Positions 41,724-51,500 of a stretch of 64,000 nt of DNA are shown here, piece by piece. Both the position numbers and the translations under genes were made by a program. The DNA comes from an uncultured Candidatus Saccharibacteria bacterium. GTDB taxonomy: Bacteria > Patescibacteriota > Saccharimonadia > Saccharimonadales > CAIOMD01. The stretch lies in contig OY970318.1 in the NCBI GenBank assembly GCA_963716565.1, positions 385,934 through 449,933 on the forward strand. Reading direction: 5' to 3'. Below the pieces are notes generated by a model. The model was not told the origin of the DNA. It did no database searches and worked only from the letters and a program-made list of their open reading frames with translations. Each line of letters starts with the position of its first letter. Positions within the stretch are counted from its first letter, which is position 1.

Positions 41724-44700
41724 TTATTCAAAAACAAAGTAATTAAATTTATACACTGCCTGCTCTAGCGGAGATTGTTTTAGGTAAATGAAGAACTTAT
41801 CTTGAGTAGCGTCTGCGGAATAACGCAAACCAGCTGCTTCTGCATTGCTAGGAGTTAGGATTACTTTTGGATTCTTATTGAATTGCTTATTAAATACCAA
41901 TTCTGCAAATGCCTCATTAACCGCCGTACCCTCCCCCGTTGTAACGGTAATCGTTCCGCCTGTATCATTGCCCATCACTTCAGTTATAGCTCCCTCTCCA
42001 GCGGCGATACCTGGAGTAACGGTTGGCGTATCACCAGCCGAGATAATGTGACCGTTTACAGTAATATTGCCCACACTTAGATTGTCTTTAACTACTACTG
42101 AGCCTTCAAAGATAGCTTGGTCGGTAACGGTTAGACTAGCTACGTTAACTGTATTAACTTGTAAGTGATTTAGCTCAACATCACCGGAGGCGCTTAATAA
42201 GCTCTGAACCGTGGCTAGACCTTCTGATACTAATGATATTTCGGTATTTAAATCATCTATCTGACTAGTGTTTACAGCAATTTCTGCCTGTTGTTCTTGG
42301 ATGCCCTTAATAACTATCGGAATAAGACCTTCATACTTGATGTTATTTATCTCTCCATTTTTCCAGCCGACTATTTCTGGGAATAGTTCGTTTACTTCTT
42401 CGGCAATTAGTCCGTAGTCGTGTATCCCGCCATCGGCAGCCAAAGTATTGCTAGACGCCTTCCAGTCAAAACTGACCGGTCTTAACTGATCTATGGCCGA
42501 CAAGGCACTATCTAGATTTTGAACGTTTTCTTTGTACTTGATAGACGACAACGAGCAACTGGCGCCACGGGTTATTTCGTAGTTAGTGGTTTCCCAGCAC
42601 ATGTAATAACCACTCGAGCCACTGGGTAGATAGTCCATGAAGTAGTGAGGGTCAGGACTTCCCGAGTCAAATTCCATCATCGGGGTGGCAAGATCCTCTG
42701 GGAATATACTAAATAACGTGCCACCCTTCCATAGCTGGAATGAATGATTGCCGGTTCCGGCCGGGCCGAATTGCATTTGGGCATTAGTGTCATCAATAAA
42801 TATACTGCCCTGAGTACTAAGCCCAGCAGTGGCAGACAGATAGCCATAAATTGTTGCAGGGCCATTAACTACCAGATAGTCATTCATGGTTGCAGTACCA
42901 TTAACGACCAAGTCGTTGCCTACGGTTGTGGTGGTTTCGCCAACGGTGAGAAGTGGGGTGCCAAAAGCATCTACTACTTCTAGAACACCTTTAACGCGTA
43001 AAGCATTACTTGAATAATCACCTATGATTGTTGATGCAAATTCAGCTGATGGGTCGCTAGTTGCAGCAGCAGGACCGCCAGCGATAGCCGTGGGGTCACT
43101 AGTGCTAGCTGAAGGACTACTAGTACTAGCCGAGGGATCGCTGACGGTGGCAGTTGGGCTGCCACAATAAAGACCACAGCCAACGATATCGCCTTGAGAA
43201 TCGAGCTTAGCTAAGAAGATATTGTAGTTATAGTTGTTGTCAAAACTATCAGTGCCACCCGTAATTGCATAACCACCATCGGCAGTTTGAATTATATAAT
43301 AAGTCGTTTCGTATCCGCCGCCGCCAAAGGTTGTATCCCAAGAAAGATTGCCACTGCCATCAAACTTAGCTATATAGGAGTCGCCGCTAGTATTATAAGT
43401 AACACCCGTAACGGCAAATCCAAACGCGCCGCCACCATCATCAGTCTGCGTCAAAGAGTACCCTTCATCATAGTCTCCGATTCCTCCGTCCCAAGTTTTA
43501 TCCCAAGAAATGTTACCACTGCCGTCGAACTTGGCTATAAACATATCTCCATCGCTATCTTCTAATTCGGTATAGCCAGTTATGGCGTAGCCGCCATCAG
43601 CAGCCTGAACGACTTGATACCCATAATCGAATCCAGAACCTCCCCAGATGGTACTCCAAGAAAGATTGCCACTACCATCGAACTTGGCTATGTAGGCTTC
43701 TTCATCACCGCTGCCATAACTATCGGTTTCGCCAGTTATGGCATAGCCACTATCAGCAGTCTGGATTATTGAGGCGCTATCATCATATTCGGTACCGCCC
43801 CAAATTAGGTCCCAAGAAAGATTGCCACCACCATCGTATTTAGCAATGAATGCATCACAATTTACACTATAACTGCAAGTATCGCCAGTGAGTGCATATC
43901 CGCCGTCAGCGGTTTGAACTATCGAATCACCACCATCATACTCGGTACCACCCCAAAGTACATCCCAAGAAAGATTGCCGCTGCTGTCGTATTTAGCAAC
44001 GAACGCATCATAATAACCACTGCCGTAACTTCTGGTATAACCACTTACTACGTAACCACCGTCAGCAGTTTGAACTATTGATTGACCAATATCGCTGTTT
44101 GCTCCGCCCCAAGTCTTAGCCCAAGATAAATTAAGATCACTGTCATATTTAAGTATGACCATGTCTTCGCTACCGCTGCCATAGCTGCTGGTGTAACCAG
44201 TTACTGCATAGCCACCGTCAGCAGTTTGTACCACAGTATGACCATAATCGGCATCATAACTATTGTAATCCCCCCACACCACCACACTACTCATATAACT
44301 ATCAAAGGAATCTTCGTTAGTAACAGTTACTTGCATATTAGTAGTGTCGGCGTTTAGTAGGCCAACGTTAGAGCTGTTCTGGACAACAAAGGCCGAGTTG
44401 GCATCGGACTCAACTGTAGCATTGCCATTTACAAAGGTGTCTTGGTTGAGGTTTATCTGGGTAGCGTTGGTAGTACCAATGTTTAGAGCGGCAGCCGTAT
44501 TGGCGTCTAGCAGCGGAGTTAACAAGCTGGTGCCCAGTATGCCGGTGCCAGATATGTTCATGTGGCCAACTTGTTGGGTGCCGGGAGTGCTCGCTTGCAG
44601 CTCAACATTGCTACCACCACCAGCTCCCTCTAACAAATCCTTATTAATAGTCCCGTTATAAAAGTACAGGTTGGTGCCATTCCACCATAAATCACCACTA

Positions 44701-47700
44701 TTAGGAGCAGCTGGGTTAACACCGCCAGCTGAAGCCGTCACGTTTAATGAAGCCTCTGATGTAGTAGCGGCAGCCACTTGCAAACGAGCCGTTGGGGCAG
44801 CTATTCCTACTCCCACATAACCATTGTTCAATATAGTCATAGCCGTAGTCGCACCGGCGTCGCCGACTTTGAATTGTAAGTTGGCGTTAGTCAGGGTGTT
44901 GCCGCCAGACGTAGTACCTTGTAGAACTAAAGTACCGTTAGCAGCTGTTGAACCGTAGACGGTTGGCGTGGTAGTAGAAGTAGCAAAGACTGGGTTGGCT
45001 ACAGTGCTAATCGTTACGGTGTCAGTAGCTCCGGCTACGGTAGTGATGTTAGTACCTTGAGCTATGGTAATAGTGTCAGTGTCGGTAATAGATTGGGGGG
45101 TACCACTGCTACCGGCTAGGGTTAAGGAAGTTATACCACCGCCGGCGCCAAGGCATGAGCCCCAGCTAGGAGCCGCACTAGTATTGCTGACTAGGCATTG
45201 GCCAGTAGTGCCGGCAGCCGTAGCAGCAACTGCGCTGGTACCGTTACCGTAAAGTACGCCATATTGAGTTAAGGTGGTTGCACCAGTACCGCCCAAACTA
45301 ACACCAACCGTGCTAGTTGTGCCCAGTACACCAGCAGCTGTATTAGTGACTATGCCGGCAGTGTTAAGGGCAGAAAATGTTATTGTTCCAGAACTAGTAA
45401 TGCCAGCAGCTGCAGCAATTTGACCGCTAGTATTTACCTGGAATAAATCGCCGCTACCAACAGTTAGTAAGGCCAAAGGCGAAGCGTCGCCGATGCCCAC
45501 ATTGCCACTGCTGTCTACAACTAGCCTGTCATTAGTTCCCAAACCCGTAGTAGAAATCTTAAATTTATCACTGTCACTATCATCTACGCCGACAGTAAAT
45601 AAATTGGTGCCATCCGCTAGTTCAAAGCCAATCTGAGCATCATAGTCGCCAGCATTAGTATTAGACACCGTAATCTGGGTATTGGCCGCCGTGGCACTCA
45701 TAACTTCTAGTTTTTGGTCGGGCGAAGAATCGCCGATGCCAACATTGCCGCTGGTGCCTATTATCGTCATCCTTTGGGCTATTCCGCTCTCTACTATTGA
45801 GAAACTAGCCCCGCTCGGAGCTGATTCATAGTGCCACTTATTGGCTCCGTTTTCGGCGAAATATTGCATGGCGTACCAGCCTAATGGAGTATCAATTGTA
45901 AAGGCCGCATTTGCCCCAACCGCCGACACCTCTAGCTGGGTGGCCGGTGCCGCCGTCCCTACTCCTACATAACCATTGTTTAGGATGGTCATAGCCGTAG
46001 TGACGCCAGCGTTACCGACTTTGAATTGTAGGTTGGCGTTGGTTAGGGTGTTACCGCCAGACGTAGTACCTTGTAGAACTAAAGTACCGTTAGCAGCTGT
46101 TGAACCGTAAACGGTTGGGGTAGTTGTGGATGTGGCGAAAGTTGGGTTGTCGACAGTGCTAATCGTTACAGTGTCAGTAGCTCCAGCTACGGTAGTGATG
46201 TTAGTACCTTGAGCTATGGTAATAGTGTCAGTGTCGGTAATAGATTGGGGGGTGCCACTGCTACCGGCTAGGGTTAAGGAGTTCATGCCACTGCCACCTA
46301 CTCCACAAGCTCCCCAACTAGGCGCGGCTCCAGTAGTGCCAATTAGACATTGGCCAGTCGCACCAGCGGCTGTAGCTTGGATAGCGCTAGTAGTGTTACC
46401 GTACAGAACGCCGTATTGAGTGAAGGTAGCGGCACCAGTACCACCGTTGGATACATCTACAGTAGCCACTGTACCAATGACCCCAGCTGCGGTGTTAGTG
46501 ACTATCCCAGCAGTAGATAGGCCATTGACGGTTAGGCTACTAGCCGTTAAGCCGCCATTGAAAGCGGAAGCTGTAGAAGTATTAGCCCCTCTACCAGTAA
46601 CGTCAGCTAGGTCGTCGGCTTCGGCAGTCAGGTAGCTGCCAGCTGGTTGTTTGTTATTGAAGATATTCCAATCGGTGTCGCTTAAAGCACCAGTGGTAGC
46701 AGCCGAAGCTAGAGCTAAGCTGAGTTGTTGGGTGCTTAAGCCCAGTCCGTTAGCGGTACCTAGGGTGACGGCACTATGTAAGTCGCTAGTTAAAGCTACT
46801 ACGCCAGTAGCGGCTGGTAGGGTTAGAGCGTAGTTGTTAGCTGAGGTGTTAGCGGTAGCAATAGTAGTAACGCCAGTGGAAGTACCTTTCATGGCTAACA
46901 TAGAGTTGTCGAAGGTCTTGAGAGCGGTAACGCTTTGGGCAGTACCAAGTAGCATATCCCCTACACTCCAGCTGCGGTTAGCACTCAAGTCATAGCTGGT
47001 ACCGTTAATACTGAGGGTTCGGGAAGTGGGAACACCACCTAGGCCACCAAGTGAAAGGGCTGACCAACTAGGAATGTTAGTGTTAATACCATCGCCTATG
47101 GAAGTTAGAACGTAAGTATCGGTGGTAGTGTTGCCGCCTAGTCTAGTTGGTGTGCCAGCTAGGCCGCCGTAGATGAGGTCGCCCAGGGTGGACATAGGGT
47201 TAAACATACTAGCTCCGCCAGCACAGGCTCCCCAAGTGGGAGTGGCGTTAGAACCAGACAACAAACATAGTCCAGCTGTGCCAGTACCGGCTAGTACCTG
47301 CATTTGGGTAGCGTTAGTCCAAACAATACCGCCATTGCTAGCTGTTAGGTTGGCGTTAGTACCGCCATTAGCCAGTGGAACAGTAGCTACCGTACCCAGT
47401 ACACCGGCAGCGGTGTTAGTAACTATGCCGGCGGTAAACAGGTTGTTGACGGTTAGGCTAGTAGTAGTTAGGCCACTAGTGAATGATGGGTTGCCAGTAA
47501 CAGTTTCATTCTGGTTGAGATTGAAGTAGTTATTGCTGGCAGCCGACCAAATAGGATCGGTTTCGGCAGTTAGATAGCCAGACAGGTTGATGTTTGGGAC
47601 ATCAATTACATCACCGCTATTGCCAGTTGTAACGATCATTTGGTATTCATCGCCATCGTAGAAGTACAGCTGGTTGGTTTGGTTGTCGACGTAGATTTGG

Positions 47701-48134
47701 CCAATGCTAGGACTGGTTGGAGCATCGCCGGGAGTGATTACGACTGAACCATTGACCTGGAGGTGGCCGTTAATGTCTAGTCGGCTAATTTGGCCAAGCA
47801 AGGAGTTAAGGTCAATACCAGAACCGTCAAGCGACAAAGACACCAGGGTGTAGGTATCGCCTTGAGCTGTATCCCCTGTTGGGGGCTTTCGTAACTGGCT
47901 GAATATGGCAACTAGAATGATGATTAACAAACAGGTCAGCAAACCATAAACCATCATCCAGGTTCGGCGCTTTTTAGATTGGTAGCCGGGATAAGGTTGT
48001 GATGGGGCTGGTGTTACTGGTGCTACTGGGGAGGTGGTGCTGTTTTCTAGCACGCTGGGCTGGGGCACAACAATGCCGTCTGACATGGGGCTGATGGTTG
48101 GTGGAGTTGGGGTTGGCGTAATGTCTGGGTTCAT
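41724..48134 (-). CDS. Giant membrane-anchored fibre/adhesin B (2136 aa): 7-blade QTADGGY beta-propeller, S74 chaperone
   Basis: KKRR followed by TM, fibre modules, 7 QTxDGGY repeats, CSLSSIKYKENV..GLIAEEV..YEGLIPIVIKGIQEQ. Confidence 0.85.
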   Translation of the reverse strand: MNPDITPTPTPPTISPMSDGIVVPQPSVLENSTTSPVAPVTPAPSQPYPGYQSKKRRTWMMVYGLLTCLLIIILVAIFSQLRKPPTGDTAQGDTYTLVSLSLDGSGIDLNSLLGQISRLDINGHLQVNGSVVITPGDAPTSPSIGQIYVDNQTNQLYFYDGDEYQMIVTTGNSGDVIDVPNINLSGYLTAETDPIWSAASNNYFNLNQNETVTGNPSFTSGLTTTSLTVNNLFTAGIVTNTAAGVLGTVATVPLANGGTNANLTASNGGIVWTNATQMQVLAGTGTAGLCLLSGSNATPTWGACAGGASMFNPMSTLGDLIYGGLAGTPTRLGGNTTTDTYVLTSIGDGINTNIPSWSALSLGGLGGVPTSRTLSINGTSYDLSANRSWSVGDMLLGTAQSVTALKTFDNSMLAMKGTSTGVTTIATANTSANNYALTLPAATGVVALTSDLHSAVTLGTANGLGLSTQQLSLALASAATTGALSDTDWNIFNNKQPAGSYLTAEADDLADVTGRGANTSTASAFNGGLTASSLTVNGLSTAGIVTNTAAGVIGTVATVDVSNGGTGAATFTQYGVLYGNTTSAIQATAAGATGQCLIGTTGAAPSWGACGVGGSGMNSLTLAGSSGTPQSITDTDTITIAQGTNITTVAGATDTVTISTVDNPTFATSTTTPTVYGSTAANGTLVLQGTTSGGNTLTNANLQFKVGNAGVTTAMTILNNGYVGVGTAAPATQLEVSAVGANAAFTIDTPLGWYAMQYFAENGANKWHYESAPSGASFSIVESGIAQRMTIIGTSGNVGIGDSSPDQKLEVMSATAANTQITVSNTNAGDYDAQIGFELADGTNLFTVGVDDSDSDKFKISTTGLGTNDRLVVDSSGNVGIGDASPLALLTVGSGDLFQVNTSGQIAAAAGITSSGTITFSALNTAGIVTNTAAGVLGTTSTVGVSLGGTGATTLTQYGVLYGNGTSAVAATAAGTTGQCLVSNTSAAPSWGSCLGAGGGITSLTLAGSSGTPQSITDTDTITIAQGTNITTVAGATDTVTISTVANPVFATSTTTPTVYGSTAANGTLVLQGTTSGGNTLTNANLQFKVGDAGATTAMTILNNGYVGVGIAAPTARLQVAAATTSEASLNVTASAGGVNPAAPNSGDLWWNGTNLYFYNGTINKDLLEGAGGGSNVELQASTPGTQQVGHMNISGTGILGTSLLTPLLDANTAAALNIGTTNATQINLNQDTFVNGNATVESDANSAFVVQNSSNVGLLNADTTNMQVTVTNEDSFDSYMSSVVVWGDYNSYDADYGHTVVQTADGGYAVTGYTSSYGSGSEDMVILKYDSDLNLSWAKTWGGANSDIGQSIVQTADGGYVVSGYTRSYGSGYYDAFVAKYDSSGNLSWDVLWGGTEYDGGDSIVQTADGGYALTGDTCSYSVNCDAFIAKYDGGGNLSWDLIWGGTEYDDSASIIQTADSGYAITGETDSYGSGDEEAYIAKFDGSGNLSWSTIWGGSGFDYGYQVVQAADGGYAITGYTELEDSDGDMFIAKFDGSGNISWDKTWDGGIGDYDEGYSLTQTDDGGGAFGFAVTGVTYNTSGDSYIAKFDGSGNLSWDTTFGGGGYETTYYIIQTADGGYAITGGTDSFDNNYNYNIFLAKLDSQGDIVGCGLYCGSPTATVSDPSASTSSPSASTSDPTAIAGGPAAATSDPSAEFASTIIGDYSSNALRVKGVLEVVDAFGTPLLTVGETTTTVGNDLVVNGTATMNDYLVVNGPATIYGYLSATAGLSTQGSIFIDDTNAQMQFGPAGTGNHSFQLWKGGTLFSIFPEDLATPMMEFDSGSPDPHYFMDYLPSGSSGYYMCWETTNYEITRGASCSLSSIKYKENVQNLDSALSAIDQLRPVSFDWKASSNTLAADGGIHDYGLIAEEVNELFPEIVGWKNGEINNIKYEGLIPIVIKGIQEQQAEIAVNTSQIDDLNTEISLVSEGLATVQSLLSASGDVELNHLQVNTVNVASLTVTDQAIFEGSVVVKDNLSVGNITVNGHIISAGDTPTVTPGIAAGEGAITEVMGNDTGGTITVTTGEGTAVNEAFAELVFNKQFNKNPKVILTPSNAEAAGLRYSADATQDKFFIYLKQSPLEQAVYKFNYFVFE

Positions 48135-48350
48135 GCCTACATTCCCCTCTTAGTTAGGCCTGAGGATAAAGAAGCCCTGCTACCAAAAACCACAAAAAGC
48201 ACCGAACTCATCTTAGCGAGGGTGCACTTAACAATTTGGCTGGTGTTTTTTTGCCTTGTCATACCTTTGGTTTTATTTTTGTTTAGTACGGTTTGTCTTG
48301 ATTTGCTTTTTACTGTTTTGGACAAACTAAGGCTATTGTGGGCCCACTAC
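46100..48350 (-). repeat. Direct repeat of leader + 5' third of gene B, copied at ~53081-55331 (offset 6981)
   Basis: Near-identical sequence including the ~215-nt leader; a small divergent patch lies at ~46420-46570. Confidence 0.92.
48194..48225 (-). terminator. Possible attenuator hairpin in the long leader of gene B (identical copy at 55175-55206 for gene C)
   Basis: Minus strand GCACC-CTCGCTAAGATGAGTTC-GGTGC-TTTTT, ~60 nt before the ATG. Confidence 0.4.
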
Positions 48351-48361
48351 CCTCTCAATTC

Positions 48362-48543
48362 AAGATAGAAAATGCAAATTATGTGTTCAGTAAAAGTTTG
48401 GTAAAAAACTAATGTTTTTAGTGCTGAATAGTAGTCTTTAATACTACATTACAGACATTGATAGTAAAACTTTCTAGCTTAGGCCTTTTGTTTTTTGTTG
48501 TAATAATTATTACAGATTCCAAAAAACAAATTATTTATCCACA
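48362..48543 (-). promoter_or_regulatory. Conserved upstream module of gene B: promoter, two operators, DnaA box
   Basis: CTGAAC-N17-TATCTT (minus strand); GTAGT-N7-ACTAC at 48431; GTTGT-N7-ATTAC at 48497; TTATCCACA at 48535. Confidence 0.7.
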
Positions 48544-48560
48544 GCTTGTTTATGTTTTTC

Positions 48561-51500
48561 TTACTCAATTATAAAGTAGTTAAACTCGTACGTAACTTGC
48601 TCTAGCGGCGATTGCTCTATAAGACGTATCAAGAATTTGTCCACTGTTCCGTCGGCGTAGTAAAGCAAATCAGACGTTTCAATATTGCTTGGAGTTAGTA
48701 CTACCCTGGGTTGTCTGCTAAATGGTTTGCTAAAAACAAGCTCCACCAAATCGTTAGTCGTAGTACCCTCCCCCGTTGTAACGGTAATCGTTCCGCCTGT
48801 ATCATTGCCCATCACTTCAGTTATAGCTCCCTCTCCAGCGGCGATACCTGGAGTAACGGTTGGCGTATCACCAGCCGAGATAATGTGACCGTTTACAGTA
48901 ATATTGCCCACACTTAGATTGTCTTTAACTACTACTGAGCCTTCAAAGATAGCTTGGTCGGTAACGGTTAGACTAGCTACGTTAACTGTATTAACTTGTA
49001 AGTGATTTAGCTCAACATCACCGGAGGCGCTTAATAAGCTCTGAACCGTGGCTAGACCTTCTGATACTAATGATATTTCGGTATTTAAATCATCTATCTG
49101 ACTAGTGTTTACAGCAATTTCTGCCTGTTGTTCTTGGATGCCCTTAATAACTATCGGAATAAGACCTTCATACTTGATGTTATTTATCTCTCCATTTTTC
49201 CAGCCGACTATTTCTGGGAATAGTTCGTTTACTTCTTCGGCAATTAGTCCGTAGTCGTGTATCCCGCCATCGGCAGCCAAAGTATTGCTAGACGCCTTCC
49301 AGTCAAAACTGACCGGTCTTAACTGATCTATGGCCGACAAGGCACTATCTAGATTTTGAACGTTTTCTTTGTACTTGATAGACGACAACGAGCAACTGGC
49401 GCCACGGGTTATTTCGTAGTTAGTGGTTTCCCAGCACATGTAATAACCACTCGAGCCACTGGGTACGTGATCCATGTAGTAATGAGGCGTGGGGCTTCCC
49501 GAGTCAAATTCCATCATTGGACTGGCAAGATCTTCTCCGGTTATATTGAATAACGTGCCACCCTTCCATAGCTGGAATGAATGATTGCCGGTTCCGGCCG
49601 GGCCGAATTGCATTTGGGCATTAGTGTTATCAATAAATATACTGCCCTGCGTGCTAGGCCCAGCAGTGGCAGACAGATAGCCATAAATTGTTGCAGGGCC
49701 ATTAACTACCAGATAGTCATTCATGGTTGCAGTACCATTAACGACCAAGTCGTTGCCTACGGTTGTGGTGGTTTCGCCAACGGTGAGGAGTGGAAGGCCT
49801 GGATCGTCTAATGTTGCCATTTCAAACCCCGCCATCATCATACCGCCACCTCCGACCGGAGGTAATCCTGATGCTACTTCTAAGACACCTTTAACACGTA
49901 GCGCATCAATCTGGTAACCGCCTGCGATAGAAACGGAGTAGGCCGATGGGTCACTAGTCGTAGCAGCAGGATTCGCAACTATAGCTGTTTGGCTCGTTGT
50001 GATATACGCTGGGCTATAGGCACTCATGCTGGGGTCGCGAATTGTTACGCTTGGAGTGTAACAATGCGCACCACAACCAACAATATTACCCTGAAAATCG
50101 AATTTGGCTAAAATCATATTAATATTAAGATCAATGGGCTGGCTGTCACCAACAACCATAAAGCCGCCACTAGTAATCTTAACCATATCCCATCCTATGC
50201 CCCAATCGTATGGGAGGCCCGTAGTTACAAAGTTTTCTACCCACAAGAAATTGCCGCTGCTATCAAATTTGGCTAGCGACAGCTCGTAATCAGAGGTAGA
50301 ATTCAGCATGGTGCCCGCTATAACATAGCCACCATCGGCAGTTTGAACAATTGCATTGCTTTCGTCGATGTCGTTATAGGGACTGCTTAAAGTCCTATCC
50401 CACATCAGATTGCCACTGCTATCAAATTTAGCTATGAACATGTCATCGTCAGCGCCATATACATCATCGTTTACATCTGTTGTGCCGGTAATAGCATAGC
50501 CCCCATCAGCCGTTTCAATTATGGAACTACCGTATTCGTACGTATATCCTCCGCTGTCCCACTGCCTGGATAGCAAAAGATTGCCACTGGCATCAATCTT
50601 CATAAAAAACATGGCCCAGCCACCGCCACTACCATCGCCGCTACCCGTGATTAAATAACCACCGTCAGAAGTCTGAGCCATCTTTGTTTTATAGCCAAAA
50701 CTCAGATCACTATCACCGTACGTTTTAGTCCACAAAAGATTGCCACTGCTGTCGTAATTAGCCAGAAAATAGTTACTGTAGCTGGTACCGGCATAAAAGC
50801 TATTAGTTTGACCACCAACCATATAATCACCGTCGACAGTTTCAAAAACACTAAAGCCCCTTTCTTGATGCTGGTCACCATCGCCAGCCCATATTGCATC
50901 CCATAACAAATTACCACTACCATCATATTTAGCAATAAACATATCTTCACAATTGCCAGGGGAGTAGGAACTACAAGTAGTAACTTCAAAACTTCCGCTC
51001 TCTCCGGTTATTACGTAACCGCCGTCACTAGTTTGTATTATAGAATACCCTATATCTGATCTCGTACCACCCCAAGTTCTATCCCATTGCAGATTTAAGT
51101 TACTATCATATTTGGCTATAAGCGCATTATTAGAATCAGGATAGCCCGCAGCAAAATATTCTGTATAACCGGTAACGGCGTAACCGCCGTCGGCAGTTTG
51201 AACAACCGAGTGACCTCTTTCGCTTTTAAAGCCATCGTATACCCTATCTCCCCACACCACCACACTACTCATATAACTATCAAAGGAATCTTCGTTAGTA
51301 ACAGTTACTTGCATATTAGTAGTGTCGGCGTTTAGTAGGCCAACGTTAGAGCTGTTCTGGACAACAAAGGCCGAGTTGGCATCGGACTCAACTGTAGCAT
51401 TGCCATTTACAAAGGTGTCTTGGTTGAGGTTTATCTGGGTAGCGTTGGTAGTACCAATGTTTAGAGCGGCAGCCGTATTGGCGTCTAGCAGCGGAGTTAA

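Noticed and set aside
48194-48225. tracrRNA-like 3' end (..TCGGTGCTTTTT)
   Set aside because: The match is short and generic to a terminator-like hairpin; there is no anti-repeat and no cas9.
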